Source: an uncultured Planctomycetales bacterium (GTDB lineage Bacteria; Omnitrophota; Gorgyraeia; Zapsychrales; Aceulaceae). Taken from it: a stretch of 64,000 nt of DNA. Numbering within the stretch: position 1 is the stretch's first letter; each line of letters opens with the position of its first letter. Of this stretch, positions 27,712 through 38,637 are shown one piece after another. The position numbers and the translations under genes are program-made. The stretch lies in contig CAZYOA010000002.1 in the NCBI GenBank assembly GCA_964648665.1, positions 75,002 to 139,001 of the forward strand. Direction: 5' to 3'. The notes beneath the pieces are model-generated. The model was not told the origin of the DNA, ran no database searches, and saw nothing but the letters and a program-made list of their open reading frames with translations.

Positions 27712-28638
27712 TTATTCTTCAAAAAGCCAAGTTGACAAGTATCTTTCTCCTGTATCGCATAAAATTGTCACAATTGTTTTTCCCTTTGATTCTGGTCGCT
27801 TAGCCACTTCAAGAGCTGCCCACATATTAGCTCCAGAAGAAATTCCAGATAAAATGCCCTCTTCTTTGGCAAGTCGTCTTGAAGTTTCTCCAGCATTCTC
27901 GTGAGAAACACGAACAACTTCATCAAAAAGATCTTGATCAACAATATCAGGAACAAAACCTGCTCCAATTCCTTGAATTTTATGAGGACCAGGATTTCCA
28001 CCAGATAAAACCGGAGAATCAACAGGTTCAACTGCAATAATTTTGACAAATGGATTCTTCTTTTTTAAAGCTCTACCAACACCGGTTATCGTTCCACCTG
28101 TTCCAACGCCGGCAATAAAAAAATCAACATTTCCTTCTGTATCTTTTAAAATTTCTTGAGCTGTTGTTTTTTCGTGAATTTCTGGATTAGCAGGATTTTG
28201 AAACTGTTGCGGTATAAAACTATTTTTTGTTTCACTGGCAATTTCTTGAGCTTTATCAATGGCTCCCTTCATGCCTTTAGATCCATCCGTTAAAATAAGT
28301 TCAGCCCCAAGAGCTTTAAAAAGTTTTCGTCTTTCAACGCTCATAGTGTCAGGCATAGTTAAAATTAACCTATATCCTTTAGCTGCAGAAACAAAGGATA
28401 ATGCAATTCCTGTATTACCACTTGTTGGCTCAACAATAACCGAATTCTTTTTTAGCTTCCCATCTTTTTCAGCCGCCTCAATCATAGCTAAACCAATTCG
28501 ATCTTTTACACTTGAAAGAGGGTTAAAGAATTCTGCTTTTGCAAGAATAGTCGCGTCTAAACCTTCTGTAAGTCTGTTAATTTTAATAAGAGGTGTATTT
28601 CCAATTGTTTGTGTAATATCTTTATATATGCCAGACAT
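27712..28638 (-). CDS. cysK: Cysteine synthase A (O-acetylserine sulfhydrylase)
   Basis: PLP-lysine block [11 protein letters not shown] plus GTGGTITG. Length 308 aa. Confidence 0.9.
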   Translation of the reverse strand: MSGIYKDITQTIGNTPLIKINRLTEGLDATILAKAEFFNPLSSVKDRIGLAMIEAAEKDGKLKKNSVIVEPTSGNTGIALSFVSAAKGYRLILTMPDTMSVERRKLFKALGAELILTDGSKGMKGAIDKAQEIASETKNSFIPQQFQNPANPEIHEKTTAQEILKDTEGNVDFFIAGVGTGGTITGVGRALKKKNPFVKIIAVEPVDSPVLSGGNPGPHKIQGIGAGFVPDIVDQDLFDEVVRVSHENAGETSRRLAKEEGILSGISSGANMWAALEVAKRPESKGKTIVTILCDTGERYLSTWLFEE

Positions 28639-28648
28639 AATAATCTCC

Positions 28649-29932
28649 TTATTTCAATGCCTGATCAATATCTGCAATGATATCATCAAGATGTTCAATT
28701 CCAATTGATAAACGAATAAAATCAGGCGTTGTTCCTGTTTCCAGTTGCTCTTGCTCGGAAAGCTGTTGATGGGTTGTACTCGCTGGATGAATAGCTAAAG
28801 TTTTTGCATCTCCAATATTTGCAAGATGAGATACAAGCTTTAAAGAATTAATAAAATCCTTTCCAGCCTTAGCTCCACCTTTGATGCCAAATCCAATAAT
28901 AGCTCCAGCACCATTAGGCAAATACTTATCAGTTTTCTCCTTTTCTGAGCTTGATTCAAGCCCAGGATAATTAACCCAACTCACTTTAGGATGTTTTTCT
29001 AAATGTTTAGCAACAGCCAAAGCATTCTCAGAATGACGAGGTAATCGCAAATGAATTGTTTCAAGTCCTTGCAAGAAAAGAAATGCGTTAAAAGGTGACA
29101 TTGCCGGTCCTAGATCACGCAAAAGCGTTACTCTAGCCTTTACGATATATGCGATATTTCCAATAGGCTTGAGCGTTTCAACAAAATTAATATTATGATA
29201 ACTTGGATCAGGATCAGCAATAAGAGGAAATTTCCCTTTAGTCCAATCGAATTTACCTGAATCAACAATCAAGCCTCCTACAGATGTACCATGTCCACCA
29301 ATAAACTTTGTTGCAGAATATACAACAATATCAGCGCCAAAGTCAATTGGACGAAGTAAATACGGCGTTACTGTATTATCAATAATCAGTGGAATTTCAT
29401 TTTTATGAGCCAATTTTGATAAAGCTTCAATGTCAGTGACATTTAGCTTTGGATTTCCAACTGATTCAGCATAAATCGCTTTTGTTTTTGGAGTAATTGC
29501 TTTTTCGATTGCAGCAATATCATTTGACGGTACAAGGTTAACCTTAATTCCAAAGCGTTTAAACGTGTAATGGAAAAGTGTATACGTTCCCCCGTAGAGA
29601 TTATTTGCTGAAACAATTTCATCGCCAGCCTGAGCAATATTAAGCAATGCTAAGCTGATCGCAGATTGACCACTGGAAACAGCTAATGCAGCTGCACCTC
29701 CGTCTAAAGCCGAAATTCTTTTTTCAAGAACATCAGTTGTTGGATTCGTTAAACGAGTATAAATATTTCCAAATTCCTTAAGAGAAAATAAATTTGCAGC
29801 GTGATCAGTATTTTTAAAAACATATGATGTTGTTTGATAGATTGGAACAGCTCTAGATCCGGTTTCAGAATCAGGTGTATGTCCTGCGTGCAAAGCAAGT
29901 GTTTCAATCTTTAAATTTTTCTCATTTTCCAT
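28649..29932 (-). CDS. metY: O-acetylhomoserine aminocarboxypropyltransferase / sulfhydrylase
   Basis: Cys/Met-metabolism PLP family. [10 protein letters not shown] (PLP Lys) and N-terminal [14 protein letters not shown]. Confidence 0.85.
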   Translation of the reverse strand: MENEKNLKIETLALHAGHTPDSETGSRAVPIYQTTSYVFKNTDHAANLFSLKEFGNIYTRLTNPTTDVLEKRISALDGGAAALAVSSGQSAISLALLNIAQAGDEIVSANNLYGGTYTLFHYTFKRFGIKVNLVPSNDIAAIEKAITPKTKAIYAESVGNPKLNVTDIEALSKLAHKNEIPLIIDNTVTPYLLRPIDFGADIVVYSATKFIGGHGTSVGGLIVDSGKFDWTKGKFPLIADPDPSYHNINFVETLKPIGNIAYIVKARVTLLRDLGPAMSPFNAFLFLQGLETIHLRLPRHSENALAVAKHLEKHPKVSWVNYPGLESSSEKEKTDKYLPNGAGAIIGFGIKGGAKAGKDFINSLKLVSHLANIGDAKTLAIHPASTTHQQLSEQEQLETGTTPDFIRLSIGIEHLDDIIADIDQALK

Positions 29933-29947
29933 TTCTTTCCCCCTTAA

Positions 29948-30394
29948 TTAAATAACATATTCTAAAATCTTTGATTGTTCTCGTTGTTTTTCTACCATTT
30001 TTTCTAGTGTAACGGATGCTAAAATGTTTCGTAATTTTTCTGAAACATCTTTCCATACTCCATTAGTAACAGAACTTAAAACATAATCAACCTTTACATC
30101 ATCTGGACCTTCAATAAAATCTAACGGTCCTTCTAAAGGCAAAATAATTTCCTTTAAAGTAATTAATTTTGGTGACTTTGCAAGCTCATAACCACCTTGC
30201 GCTCCTCGAGTAGAATTAATTAGCCCAGCATTTTTTAAAGGTGAAATAAGCTGCCAAAGGTATTTTTCTGAAATGTTTTGATTTGCTGCCATTTCTTTTA
30301 ATAAAAGCTGTCGCTTGCCATAACTCAAAGCAAGATCAAGCATTAATCGCGTTCCGTATTTTCCTTTTGTTGATAATTTCATTTTCTTATCCAC
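29948..30394 (-). CDS. Rrf2 family transcriptional regulator (CymR/IscR-like)
   Basis: 148 aa. The N-terminal wHTH block MKLSTKGKYGTRLMLDLA...STRGAQGGYELAK is typical of Rrf2. It sits at the head of the metY-cysK unit. Confidence 0.8.
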   Translation of the reverse strand: MDKKMKLSTKGKYGTRLMLDLALSYGKRQLLLKEMAANQNISEKYLWQLISPLKNAGLINSTRGAQGGYELAKSPKLITLKEIILPLEGPLDFIEGPDDVKVDYVLSSVTNGVWKDVSEKLRNILASVTLEKMVEKQREQSKILEYVI

Positions 30395-30463
30395 CTTTTC
30401 TATTGATTTACTAGAGATTATATCAATAAAAAATTATATGTCAAGATTTTATTTTTTAAGCAC

Positions 30464-31327
30464 TTATTTGGATTGTATGCGAGTAGCGAAACGTACAATA
30501 AGTGCGAAAACACGAAATGGTAAGAATTTCCTGGCGATATAGAGAAATCGACTATTCATATCAGGGATATTGCGAAGTGATGGATTTTTTGATTTTATTA
30601 ATTTCTCAACAAGCATCGCAATATCTTCAGGATTGCGAGCGTTAAGCTCTACTCTATCATCAGCACGTTTTTGAAAACTCTGCGATGTATTGAAATAAGG
30701 GCTTTGATCATCAAAAAAACGTTTTGCATAACGCCTATTTTCATAAAAGATTTTTGTTTTATAAACTCCTGGCTCGATTAAGCACACATTGATTCCAAAA
30801 GGCAATAATTCATAATAAAGACTTTCTGAGAATCCTTCTACTGCCCATTTGCTTGCATTATATGCCCCACAGCATGGCAACGCATAGAATCCAGACACGC
30901 TAGAGATATTTACGATTGTCCCTTTTTTCTGATCTCTCATCAAAGGGATTGCTTCACGTGTTACATTTTGTAACCCAAAGAAATTTATTTCCATGATGCT
31001 GCGAATTTCATCTTGTTCTAAATCTTCAAAGAACCCACCAATGCCACATCCAGCATTATTAATTAAAGCATCAACTCTTCCATGCTTATTTTTTATATAA
31101 GAAATAACATCTTTAATCGAATTAACGTCAGAAACGTCAAGTCTTAAAATCTCTGCCTCCGCATTTTTTAAAGCAAGCTCAGCAACAAGATCATCTTTTT
31201 TAGATAGGTTGCGCATTGTGGCAATAACAAAATAATTAAGACTTGCAAGTCGAACAGCAATACGCAGTCCAAAGCCACTTGAACAGCCGGTAACAAGGAT
31301 AACTTTTTTATTGGGATTTTTGATCAT
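30464..31327 (-). CDS. SDR family oxidoreductase
   Basis: TGCSSGFG cofactor motif, NNAG, and catalytic YNASK. I prefer start ATG 31327 (MIKNPNKKVILVTG), which avoids a 37-nt overlap with aroC. Confidence 0.8.
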   Translation of the reverse strand: MIKNPNKKVILVTGCSSGFGLRIAVRLASLNYFVIATMRNLSKKDDLVAELALKNAEAEILRLDVSDVNSIKDVISYIKNKHGRVDALINNAGCGIGGFFEDLEQDEIRSIMEINFFGLQNVTREAIPLMRDQKKGTIVNISSVSGFYALPCCGAYNASKWAVEGFSESLYYELLPFGINVCLIEPGVYKTKIFYENRRYAKRFFDDQSPYFNTSQSFQKRADDRVELNARNPEDIAMLVEKLIKSKNPSLRNIPDMNSRFLYIARKFLPFRVFALIVRFATRIQSK

Positions 31328-31341
31328 GCGAAAATATTTAA

Positions 31342-32412
31342 TTATGTATGTGAAATACTTTTTTGAATAAGCAAGCAATCAATCATAACAAGAGCAGTCA
31401 TAGCTTCAACAACAACAACAGCGCGAGGACAAATACAAGGATCATGGCGACCCTTAATTTCCATTGACTTTATTTCACCTTCAAGCGTTGTGACTTCTTG
31501 AGGCTTAGCGATAGAACATGTTGGTCTAATAACAGCGCGTAAAATAATATCATTTCCGTTTGAAATTCCTCCAGAAATTCCACCAGAATGATTTGTTTTA
31601 AGGCTTAATGCATTATTTTTCCAAACTCCAGCATCGTTAAATTCTGATCCCTTCATTGTGACAGATTGGAATCCGTCACCAAATTCAACGCCTTTAATTG
31701 CACCGATAGACATAATTCCTGCAGCTAAACGAGCGTCTAGCTTATCAAAAACAGGATCACCTAAGCCAGCTGGACATTTTTTAACAACTGTTTCAATGAT
31801 GCCTCCAACAGAATCTTGATTTTCTTTTGCAATCTTAATTCGTTCGGCCATTAAAATAGCAGCTTCTGGATCTGGACATCGAACAGGATTTGATTCGATA
31901 GCAGAAAAATCAATATTCTTTGCAACAATATCATCAACCTGTTTTGTATACGATGTTACAGTTACTCCATACTCTGAAAGCATTTTTTTAGCAATAGCGC
32001 CAGCTGCAACACGCATAGCTGTTTCTCTTCCTGAAGCACGCCCTCCACCTCGCCAATCACGGATACCATATTTCTTTAAATATGCATAGTCAGCATGACC
32101 AGGACGAAAAATATCTTTTAAATCTTCATAATCCTTTGAATTTGCATCCGTATTCCGGATTAAAAAACCAATCGAAGTTCCTGTTGCTTTACCATTTAGA
32201 ATCCCAGATAAAATTTCAACTTCATCAGCTTCGCTTCTTGATGTTGTCAAAGAACTTTGACCTGGGCGTCGACGATTTAGTTCGATCTGAATATCATCTT
32301 TGTTAAGCGGTAACCCAGGACGAACACCATCAACGATAGCACCAATTGCAGATCCATGGCTTTCACCAAAGGTTGTTACGGTAAACAGCTTCCCGAAAGT
32401 ATTTCCAGACAT
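31342..32412 (-). CDS. aroC: Chorismate synthase
   Basis: MSGNTFGKLFTVTTFGESHG and RPGHADY blocks. I prefer start ATG 32412, 1 nt after the leuD stop. Confidence 0.9.
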   Translation of the reverse strand: MSGNTFGKLFTVTTFGESHGSAIGAIVDGVRPGLPLNKDDIQIELNRRRPGQSSLTTSRSEADEVEILSGILNGKATGTSIGFLIRNTDANSKDYEDLKDIFRPGHADYAYLKKYGIRDWRGGGRASGRETAMRVAAGAIAKKMLSEYGVTVTSYTKQVDDIVAKNIDFSAIESNPVRCPDPEAAILMAERIKIAKENQDSVGGIIETVVKKCPAGLGDPVFDKLDARLAAGIMSIGAIKGVEFGDGFQSVTMKGSEFNDAGVWKNNALSLKTNHSGGISGGISNGNDIILRAVIRPTCSIAKPQEVTTLEGEIKSMEIKGRHDPCICPRAVVVVEAMTALVMIDCLLIQKSISHT

Positions 32413-32413
32413 A

Positions 32414-33025
32414 TCAGACCCAAGGCCTTTCTTCTGACAACTTTTTTTCATAGTTATCGATTAAGTCAACAAATTGTTCAGTCCATCCAATACTATCTAA
32501 TCCTTTGATTAAACAATCTTTTACAAATGTACTAATTTCAAAATTATAAATTTTTTCATTATCTGTCATGATTTGTTGTTTTAGTAAATCAACTGTTATT
32601 TTAGCACCCTTGATATCTGCAGCAAATTTAAATAATTCATTAATTTCTTTCGGTGGAAGCGTAACTAGCAAAATCCCATTTCTTAAGCAATTGTTATAAA
32701 AAATATCAGCGAAACTAGGTGCAATAATTAATTTAAAGCCAAAATCTGATAGCGCCCAAGGTGCGTGTTCTCGGCTGGAACCACAACCAAAATTGTCTCG
32801 AGCCAATAAAACCGTTGCTTGATCATAAGGATTTTGATTTAAAATAAAGTCTGGATTTTTTTGTTCTTCCGCGTCGTCTAAATATCTCCAATCATGGAAT
32901 AAATGCTTTCCAAAACCAACTCGATCAATCTTTTTTAGAAATTGTTTTGGAATAATTGCATCCGTATCAATGTTAGCTCGATCAATTGATACAACAATGC
33001 CAGAATGTATTGTAATAGGCTCCAT
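32414..33025 (-). CDS. leuD: 3-isopropylmalate dehydratase small subunit
   Basis: GCGSSREHAPWAL block. 203 aa. Overlaps the leuC stop by 1 nt. Confidence 0.9.
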   Translation of the reverse strand: MEPITIHSGIVVSIDRANIDTDAIIPKQFLKKIDRVGFGKHLFHDWRYLDDAEEQKNPDFILNQNPYDQATVLLARDNFGCGSSREHAPWALSDFGFKLIIAPSFADIFYNNCLRNGILLVTLPPKEINELFKFAADIKGAKITVDLLKQQIMTDNEKIYNFEISTFVKDCLIKGLDSIGWTEQFVDLIDNYEKKLSEERPWV

Positions 33026-34425
33026 TAAATAAACTCCCTAATATCTGCAATATGACCTTTAATAGCAGCTAAAGCTGCCATTTCTGGTCCAACAAGGTGT
33101 GTTCTTCCGCCTTTTCCTTGACGTCCTTCAAAATTTCGATTACTTGTCGATGCGCATCGTTCTCCCGGAGATAGCTTATCTTCATTCATCGCTAAACACA
33201 TTGAACAACCTGGTTCTCGCCATTGAAATCCTGCTTCTTTAAAAATGATATCTAGCGACTCTTTTTCAGCTTGCCTCTTAACGCGTCCTGATCCAGGAAC
33301 AGCTAAAGCTCGGATTCCATCCGCAATTTTATTCCCTTTAATAATCTTTGCTGCTGCACGAAAATCTTCGATGCGTCCATTTGTGCAAGAACCGATAAAG
33401 ACAGTATCGATAGGAATTGATTTCATTGCTGTTTTTGGTTTTAAACCCATATAATCTAAAGCTTTTTTAGCTGCTTCACATTTTGTGCTATCCGAAAAAT
33501 CTTCAGGACTAGGTATCAATTCATCAACCCCGCAAACTTGTTCTGGAGATGTTCCCCATGTTACTTGTGGTGCAATTGCACCTGCATCGATTTCAACTAC
33601 TTTGTCAAATTGCGCACCATCATCGCTCTTTAAAGTTTTCCACCAGTTGACTGCTTTTTCCCAATCTTTAGCTTTTGGTGCAAAATCAAGCTCTTTTAAA
33701 TATTGAAATGTTGTTTCGTCAGGAGCAATCATTCCAGCCCGACCGCCTGCCTCAATCGTCATATTGCAAATTGTCATGCGTCCTTCCATAGAAAGATTTT
33801 TAATTGCATCTCCTGCGTATTCAATGACGTATCCCGTAGCTCCATCTGTCCCTATTTGACCAATAATATATAAAATTAAATCTTTTGGTGTAACGCCGTT
33901 TTTAAATGCACCATCAATCCTAATAAGCATAGTTTTCGATAAATTTTGCTGTAAGGTCTGCGTTGCCAAGACATGCTCAACTTCTGATGTGCCGATTCCA
34001 AAAGCTAATGAACCAAAAGCTCCATGAGTCGCCGTATGAGAATCGCCACAAACAATAACCATTCCAGGTAAAGTAAAACCTAGCTCTGGCCCAATAATGT
34101 GAACAACACCCTGATCAGGATGCATAAAATCAAGTAATTTAATGCCGAATTCTTTACAATTTTCATCTAGCGCATTCATTTGAATCTTAGAAATTTCATC
34201 CGCAAAAGATAAATTCTTGGCGCTTGTTGGAACATTGTGATCCATTGTGGCGCAATTACGTTTTGGATGACGAACTTTTCTTTCTTTAAGACGTAATCCT
34301 TCAAAGGCCTGTGGCGATGTTACTTCATGTAGTAATTGACGATCTATATAAATAATTGTAGCGTCATCTTTACCTTCTCGCACAATGTGAGAGTCCCAAA
34401 TTTTTTGATAAAGTGTTTTTTTCAT
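33025..34425 (-). CDS. leuC: 3-isopropylmalate dehydratase large subunit
   Basis: [13 protein letters not shown] start, with CGDSHT, GSCTNGR and CSMCLAMN cluster ligand blocks. The track's start at 34458 is a TTG; ATG 34425 fits the family N-terminus. Confidence 0.9.
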   Translation of the reverse strand: MKKTLYQKIWDSHIVREGKDDATIIYIDRQLLHEVTSPQAFEGLRLKERKVRHPKRNCATMDHNVPTSAKNLSFADEISKIQMNALDENCKEFGIKLLDFMHPDQGVVHIIGPELGFTLPGMVIVCGDSHTATHGAFGSLAFGIGTSEVEHVLATQTLQQNLSKTMLIRIDGAFKNGVTPKDLILYIIGQIGTDGATGYVIEYAGDAIKNLSMEGRMTICNMTIEAGGRAGMIAPDETTFQYLKELDFAPKAKDWEKAVNWWKTLKSDDGAQFDKVVEIDAGAIAPQVTWGTSPEQVCGVDELIPSPEDFSDSTKCEAAKKALDYMGLKPKTAMKSIPIDTVFIGSCTNGRIEDFRAAAKIIKGNKIADGIRALAVPGSGRVKRQAEKESLDIIFKEAGFQWREPGCSMCLAMNEDKLSPGERCASTSNRNFEGRQGKGGRTHLVGPEMAALAAIKGHIADIREFI

Positions 34426-34511
34426 AATATTTTTAATATTAAATTTATGTTGAATCAATAATTTAACATAGAGCTTTTAAGGATTCAAGTGTTTTTTAGT
34501 TGCTAATCCGA

Positions 34512-34721
34512 CTAGAGATGATTTTGCTTCTGGTAAATCTTTATAAAATTCTCAATAGATCGATCGTAAGTTTTTTCAGCGTCAGCAGGAAAATAACATG
34601 CAGGAAGAGCTCCCTTGTTTCTATGATGACGAATGCATTCACAGCAAATACCCATCTTCTCACATCCTGTATAGCTGCAGTTACAATCTTGTAGATTTTT
34701 CTGTTTATTTGGGCAATTCAT
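34512..34721 (-). CDS. Small Cys-rich protein (DUF6485-like)
   Basis: 69 aa. [38 protein letters not shown] resembles the conserved Cys pattern of that family as I remember it. Confidence 0.5.
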   Translation of the reverse strand: MNCPNKQKNLQDCNCSYTGCEKMGICCECIRHHRNKGALPACYFPADAEKTYDRSIENFIKIYQKQNHL

Positions 34722-35134
34722 AGAGACTTTTCCTTCAATTCTTGTAAAATCGATTCGATACTATCCTTTTTATTTGAAATAATTTCCCCTTCATTAAGAG
34801 AGCGTCTTAAGTGGTCAACCACTTTAAGATAATTTCGTTCTGCTGTTAAAAACTCATCAACGATTTCTTGTGAAACATAGCTAGGTCCTACAGATTTTAA
34901 AAGACGAGCAGCATCACCATAAAGTTTTGCGGCTTCCAAATAAAGGTCTACACAAATTTCAGCGCTCTGCCTGTCTGGCTTAATTTCCAACAATTTTTTT
35001 GCATGCGCAACAACTATTTGTGCTCGTTTAATATTGTTAAACGCTCTTGTCTGCAATTGACCAACATTGTTATCAGCATGACAAAATTGGCAAAACAATA
35101 AAAACCACAAAACTAAAAGAAATTTCTTACCCAT
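34718..35134 (-). CDS. Exported helical hypothetical protein
   Basis: 138 aa. Signal peptide [20 protein letters not shown]. 4-nt overlap with the downstream gene and 8-nt overlap with the upstream gene. Confidence 0.5.
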   Translation of the reverse strand: MGKKFLLVLWFLLFCQFCHADNNVGQLQTRAFNNIKRAQIVVAHAKKLLEIKPDRQSAEICVDLYLEAAKLYGDAARLLKSVGPSYVSQEIVDEFLTAERNYLKVVDHLRRSLNEGEIISNKKDSIESILQELKEKSL

Positions 35135-35498
35135 TAAAACTCCAAGAAATTATTAAAAGACCTATGGCAATATGAACAGCTGCGCTTAATCGAAATTGCC
35201 AAGTCTTGAATTCTGAGACCCAAACAATAACCTTTTCAGAAGATTTGCTTGTTAGGAAGAAAGCAGCTTTTAAAATACCTAGAAATCCTATGACGCTTAA
35301 GAGTAAAGCAACATTGCTGTACGAAAGCTCGGTGCTTGCTGCTAAAAGCCAGACGCTAATTAAAATATTTAATCTAAAGAAAACTTTTCTAATCTTTATT
35401 TTATCAGTTTCAGAGAGCCATTTCTTTATCGCATCAACTTTTAACCAGATTAATGAAGAACCTGCAAGCCATACGATACCTAGAATTTTTAACAACAT
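35127..35498 (-). CDS. Small integral membrane protein, hypothetical
   Basis: 123 aa with about 4 hydrophobic segments. Confidence 0.5.
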   Translation of the reverse strand: MLLKILGIVWLAGSSLIWLKVDAIKKWLSETDKIKIRKVFFRLNILISVWLLAASTELSYSNVALLLSVIGFLGILKAAFFLTSKSSEKVIVWVSEFKTWQFRLSAAVHIAIGLLIISWSFNG

Positions 35499-35518
35499 AA
35501 GCTTTCTCCTTTAGATGT

Positions 35519-35689
35519 TTAAGTCTTATCTTCGATTGACTTTCGAATCTCAGAGCGCAAAGCATTCCCAAAGCTTAACGCTTCACCCTGAACCTTTGCG
35601 TCCTTTTTATTCTTTAATGATAATGTTTTTGATGACATTATCTTATCTGCTTTTTTGTGCCAAAGCTTTTGATGTTTTTTCTTTGTCAT
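35519..35689 (-). CDS. Possible 56-aa Lys-rich mini-protein, translationally coupled to the NUMOD3 gene
   Basis: Manual translation, below the track's size cut-off: MTKKKHQKLWHKKADKIMSSKTLSLKNKKDAKVQGEALSFGNALRSEIRKSIEDKT. Its ATG overlaps the upstream TGA as ATGA (35686-35689). Confidence 0.3.
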   Translation of the reverse strand: MTKKKHQKLWHKKADKIMSSKTLSLKNKKDAKVQGEALSFGNALRSEIRKSIEDKT

Positions 35690-35913
35690 TTCTTTGCTAA
35701 ACGTCGTCGTGCACGCTTAATAGCAAGACTGATCTTACGCTTAGTTGCAGCCGAATGTTTTTTACCATACATCGGATTATTTTTTCCACTCGTTGCCTTA
35801 GAAATTTTTGCTTTAGAAGACTTTTTATGCTTTTTTCCATAAAATGAATTCTTTTTTCCTTTTTGAGATAAACTAATCTTTTTCTTCGTTGATGCTGAAT
35901 GCTTATTAGGCAC
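35686..35913 (-). CDS. Stand-alone basic protein made of three NUMOD3-like repeats
   Basis: The three repeats are HSASTKKKISLSQKGKKNSFYGKK, HKKSSKAKISKATSGKNNPMYGKK and HSAATKRKISLAIKRA. GTG start with a strong SD, AAGGAGGTG, 4-5 nt upstream. Confidence 0.6.
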   Translation of the reverse strand: MPNKHSASTKKKISLSQKGKKNSFYGKKHKKSSKAKISKATSGKNNPMYGKKHSAATKRKISLAIKRARRRLAKK

Positions 35914-35936
35914 AGGACACCTCCTTATCTTAGGTT

Positions 35937-38573
35937 TTAGGCTAGTTGTCTTAAGACAGCATTTAGAATGCCGCCATTTTTATAGTAATCAATATCAACT
36001 TTTGTATCTAGTCGCATTTTAGCATAAAATTCTTTTTTAGCTCCTGATTTCGATGTTGAAATAACTTTTATGTCTTGTTGTGGTTTAATGTTGTTGTTGA
36101 TTCCAATAAAATCAAACACCTCATCACCGTGAAGTCCTAACTTTTTATAAGATTGACCGTCTTTAAATTCTAATGGCAAGACACCCATTCCGACTAAATT
36201 GCTTCGATGAATCCGCTCATAACTTTCTGCGAGAACAACTTTTACCCCTAAAAGAGCTGTGCCTTTTGCAGCCCAGTCACGTGAAGATCCAGTTCCGTAT
36301 TCTTTTCCAGCTAAAACAATCAAAGGAGTTTTGGTCTTTTTGTATTTCATTGAAGCTGCATAAACATCCATTTTTTTGTTTGTTGGCAAATAAATAGTTT
36401 GGGCTCCTTCTGTCCCTGGTGCGAGTAAATTGCGCAATCGAACGTTTGCAAAAGTTCCTCGCGTCATAATCTGATCATTGCCTCGACGAGATCCGTAGCT
36501 ATTGAAATCATTGATATCCACACCCTTGGCTTGTAAAAATTTTCCAGCTGAACTTTTCGGAGCAATTGCGCCAGCAGGAGAAATATGATCTGTAGTGATA
36601 GAATCTCCCAAAACAAGAAGTGCACGCGCAGATTTAATATCTGAAAGATCTGATATATTTTTTGTCATACCCGTAAAGAATGGTGGATGCTGAATATATG
36701 TACTTTTGTCTTTCCAGGAATAAAGATCGGATTTCTTAGCTTTAATCTTTTTCCACTCTTCAGTCCCACTTGTCACATTTTTGTATTGTTTAATAAACAT
36801 CTTAGGTTGAATACACTTTTTGACTAACAATTCAATCTCAGAGTTTGTTGGCCAGATATCGCTAAGAAAAATATCTTCTCCTTTTTTATTCTTGCCTAAA
36901 GGTTCCCTTGTTAAATCTATGCACATATTGCCTGCAATCGCATAAGCAATAACCAAAGCTGGACTTGCTAAATAATTAGCTTTAACCCAAGGGCTAATAC
37001 GTCCTTCGAAATTTCGGTTGCCACTCAAAACGCTTACAACAGTTAAGTTTTTATCGGTAATTTCTTTAGTGATTTCCTCAGGTAGCGGTCCGCTATTTCC
37101 AATGCAAGTCATGCAGCCATATCCAGCCAAATGAAATCCTAATTTTTCTAAACTTGGCATCAGATTTGCTTTTTTGAGATAATCTATAACAACACGCGAC
37201 CCTGGAGCTAAGCTAGTTTTAACAAAAGGTTTAATTTTTAAGCCTGCTGCAACAGCATTTTTTGCAAGTAAGCCTGCTCCAATTAAAACAGATGGATCAG
37301 ATGTATTTGTACAGCTTGTAATCGATGCAATAACAACAGAGCCATTTGTAAGATTAGCTTTATCCTTAGGTGAGCAAAACTTTTTTTCAAAGTCAGATTT
37401 CATGTTACCAAGAACAATTCTATCCTGTGGACGTTTTGGCCCAGCTAGGCTTAAGCGAATTTCAGACAAATCGATATCGACAACTTGTGTATATTTTGGT
37501 GGCTTATTTCCGTTTTCGTAAAACATGCCTTGACGTTTAAAATATCTTTTGATTAAATCAATTTGTTCTTTTGATCGTCCAGTTTGCTGATAATAATTAA
37601 TCGTTTCTTGATCAATAGGAAAGATTCCCATTGTAGCGCCGTATTCAGGAGACATATTTGCAATCATTGCACGATTAGCAAGAGTTAAATTTTTAAGGCC
37701 TTCACCAAAATATTCAACAAATTTTCCAACAACACCAACTTTTCGTAATTTCTCAACAATTGTCAAGACTAAATCTGTCGCAGTGACGCCATTTTGCAGC
37801 TTTCCTTTAAGATGAAATCCTACAACTTCTGGCAAAAGCATGTTTAAAGGCTCTCCTAGCATAACGGCTTCAGCCTCTATCCCTCCAACTCCCCAACCTG
37901 CAACACCAAGACCATTAATCATGGTTGTATGGCTATCTGTTCCGATTAAGCTATCAGGATAAAGTGTCTTATCTTTCCCTTTGCCTTGAACCAAAACACC
38001 TTGAGCAAGATATTCAAGATTGATTTGGTGAATAATGCCCGTTGCTGGTGGAATAACGCGAAAATTCTTAAATGATTGTTGTCCCCACTTAAGAAATTCG
38101 TATCGCTCTTTATTACGCTTAAATTCCTTGTCGAGATTTTTCTGAAAAGCATTTGTTGTTCCAAAATAATCAACTTGAACAGAATGATCGATAATTAAAT
38201 CACATTGAACTTGAGGATTAATTTTTTTATAATCACCGCCAAGCGCTTTAACAGCATTTCGCATAGCGGCTAAATCAACAACGCAGGGAACGCCTGTAAA
38301 ATCTTGCAAGATAACACGACCAGGTTTAAATGCAATTTCAGGTAAATCTTTTTTCTTTGGTGACCATAATGCAATCTTTTGAATATCTTGAGAAGTTACT
38401 TTATATTCATCGCAATTGCGAATGGCGCTTTCAAGCAATATTTTTATCGAAAAAGGAAGTTGATCAATCCTAGAGAAACCAAAGTCTTCTAGTTTAGAAA
38501 TTTGAAAAATAGAATAATTTCCTGATTTTGTTTTAAGGGTTGTTTTGATGCGGCTTAAATCAATTGTTTTCAC
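35937..38573 (-). CDS. acnA: Aconitate hydratase A
   Basis: 878 aa. Blocks: ILQDFTGVP, GTDSHTTM, CTNTS, CMTCIGNSG and GDSITTDHISPAG. Confidence 0.9.
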   Translation of the reverse strand: MKTIDLSRIKTTLKTKSGNYSIFQISKLEDFGFSRIDQLPFSIKILLESAIRNCDEYKVTSQDIQKIALWSPKKKDLPEIAFKPGRVILQDFTGVPCVVDLAAMRNAVKALGGDYKKINPQVQCDLIIDHSVQVDYFGTTNAFQKNLDKEFKRNKERYEFLKWGQQSFKNFRVIPPATGIIHQINLEYLAQGVLVQGKGKDKTLYPDSLIGTDSHTTMINGLGVAGWGVGGIEAEAVMLGEPLNMLLPEVVGFHLKGKLQNGVTATDLVLTIVEKLRKVGVVGKFVEYFGEGLKNLTLANRAMIANMSPEYGATMGIFPIDQETINYYQQTGRSKEQIDLIKRYFKRQGMFYENGNKPPKYTQVVDIDLSEIRLSLAGPKRPQDRIVLGNMKSDFEKKFCSPKDKANLTNGSVVIASITSCTNTSDPSVLIGAGLLAKNAVAAGLKIKPFVKTSLAPGSRVVIDYLKKANLMPSLEKLGFHLAGYGCMTCIGNSGPLPEEITKEITDKNLTVVSVLSGNRNFEGRISPWVKANYLASPALVIAYAIAGNMCIDLTREPLGKNKKGEDIFLSDIWPTNSEIELLVKKCIQPKMFIKQYKNVTSGTEEWKKIKAKKSDLYSWKDKSTYIQHPPFFTGMTKNISDLSDIKSARALLVLGDSITTDHISPAGAIAPKSSAGKFLQAKGVDINDFNSYGSRRGNDQIMTRGTFANVRLRNLLAPGTEGAQTIYLPTNKKMDVYAASMKYKKTKTPLIVLAGKEYGTGSSRDWAAKGTALLGVKVVLAESYERIHRSNLVGMGVLPLEFKDGQSYKKLGLHGDEVFDFIGINNNIKPQQDIKVISTSKSGAKKEFYAKMRLDTKVDIDYYKNGGILNAVLRQLA

Positions 38574-38637
38574 GAAAGAACTCCTAGAATTTAATTATTT
38601 TTATAGAATTATAAAAATTTTAGCATAAAATAGAGAT

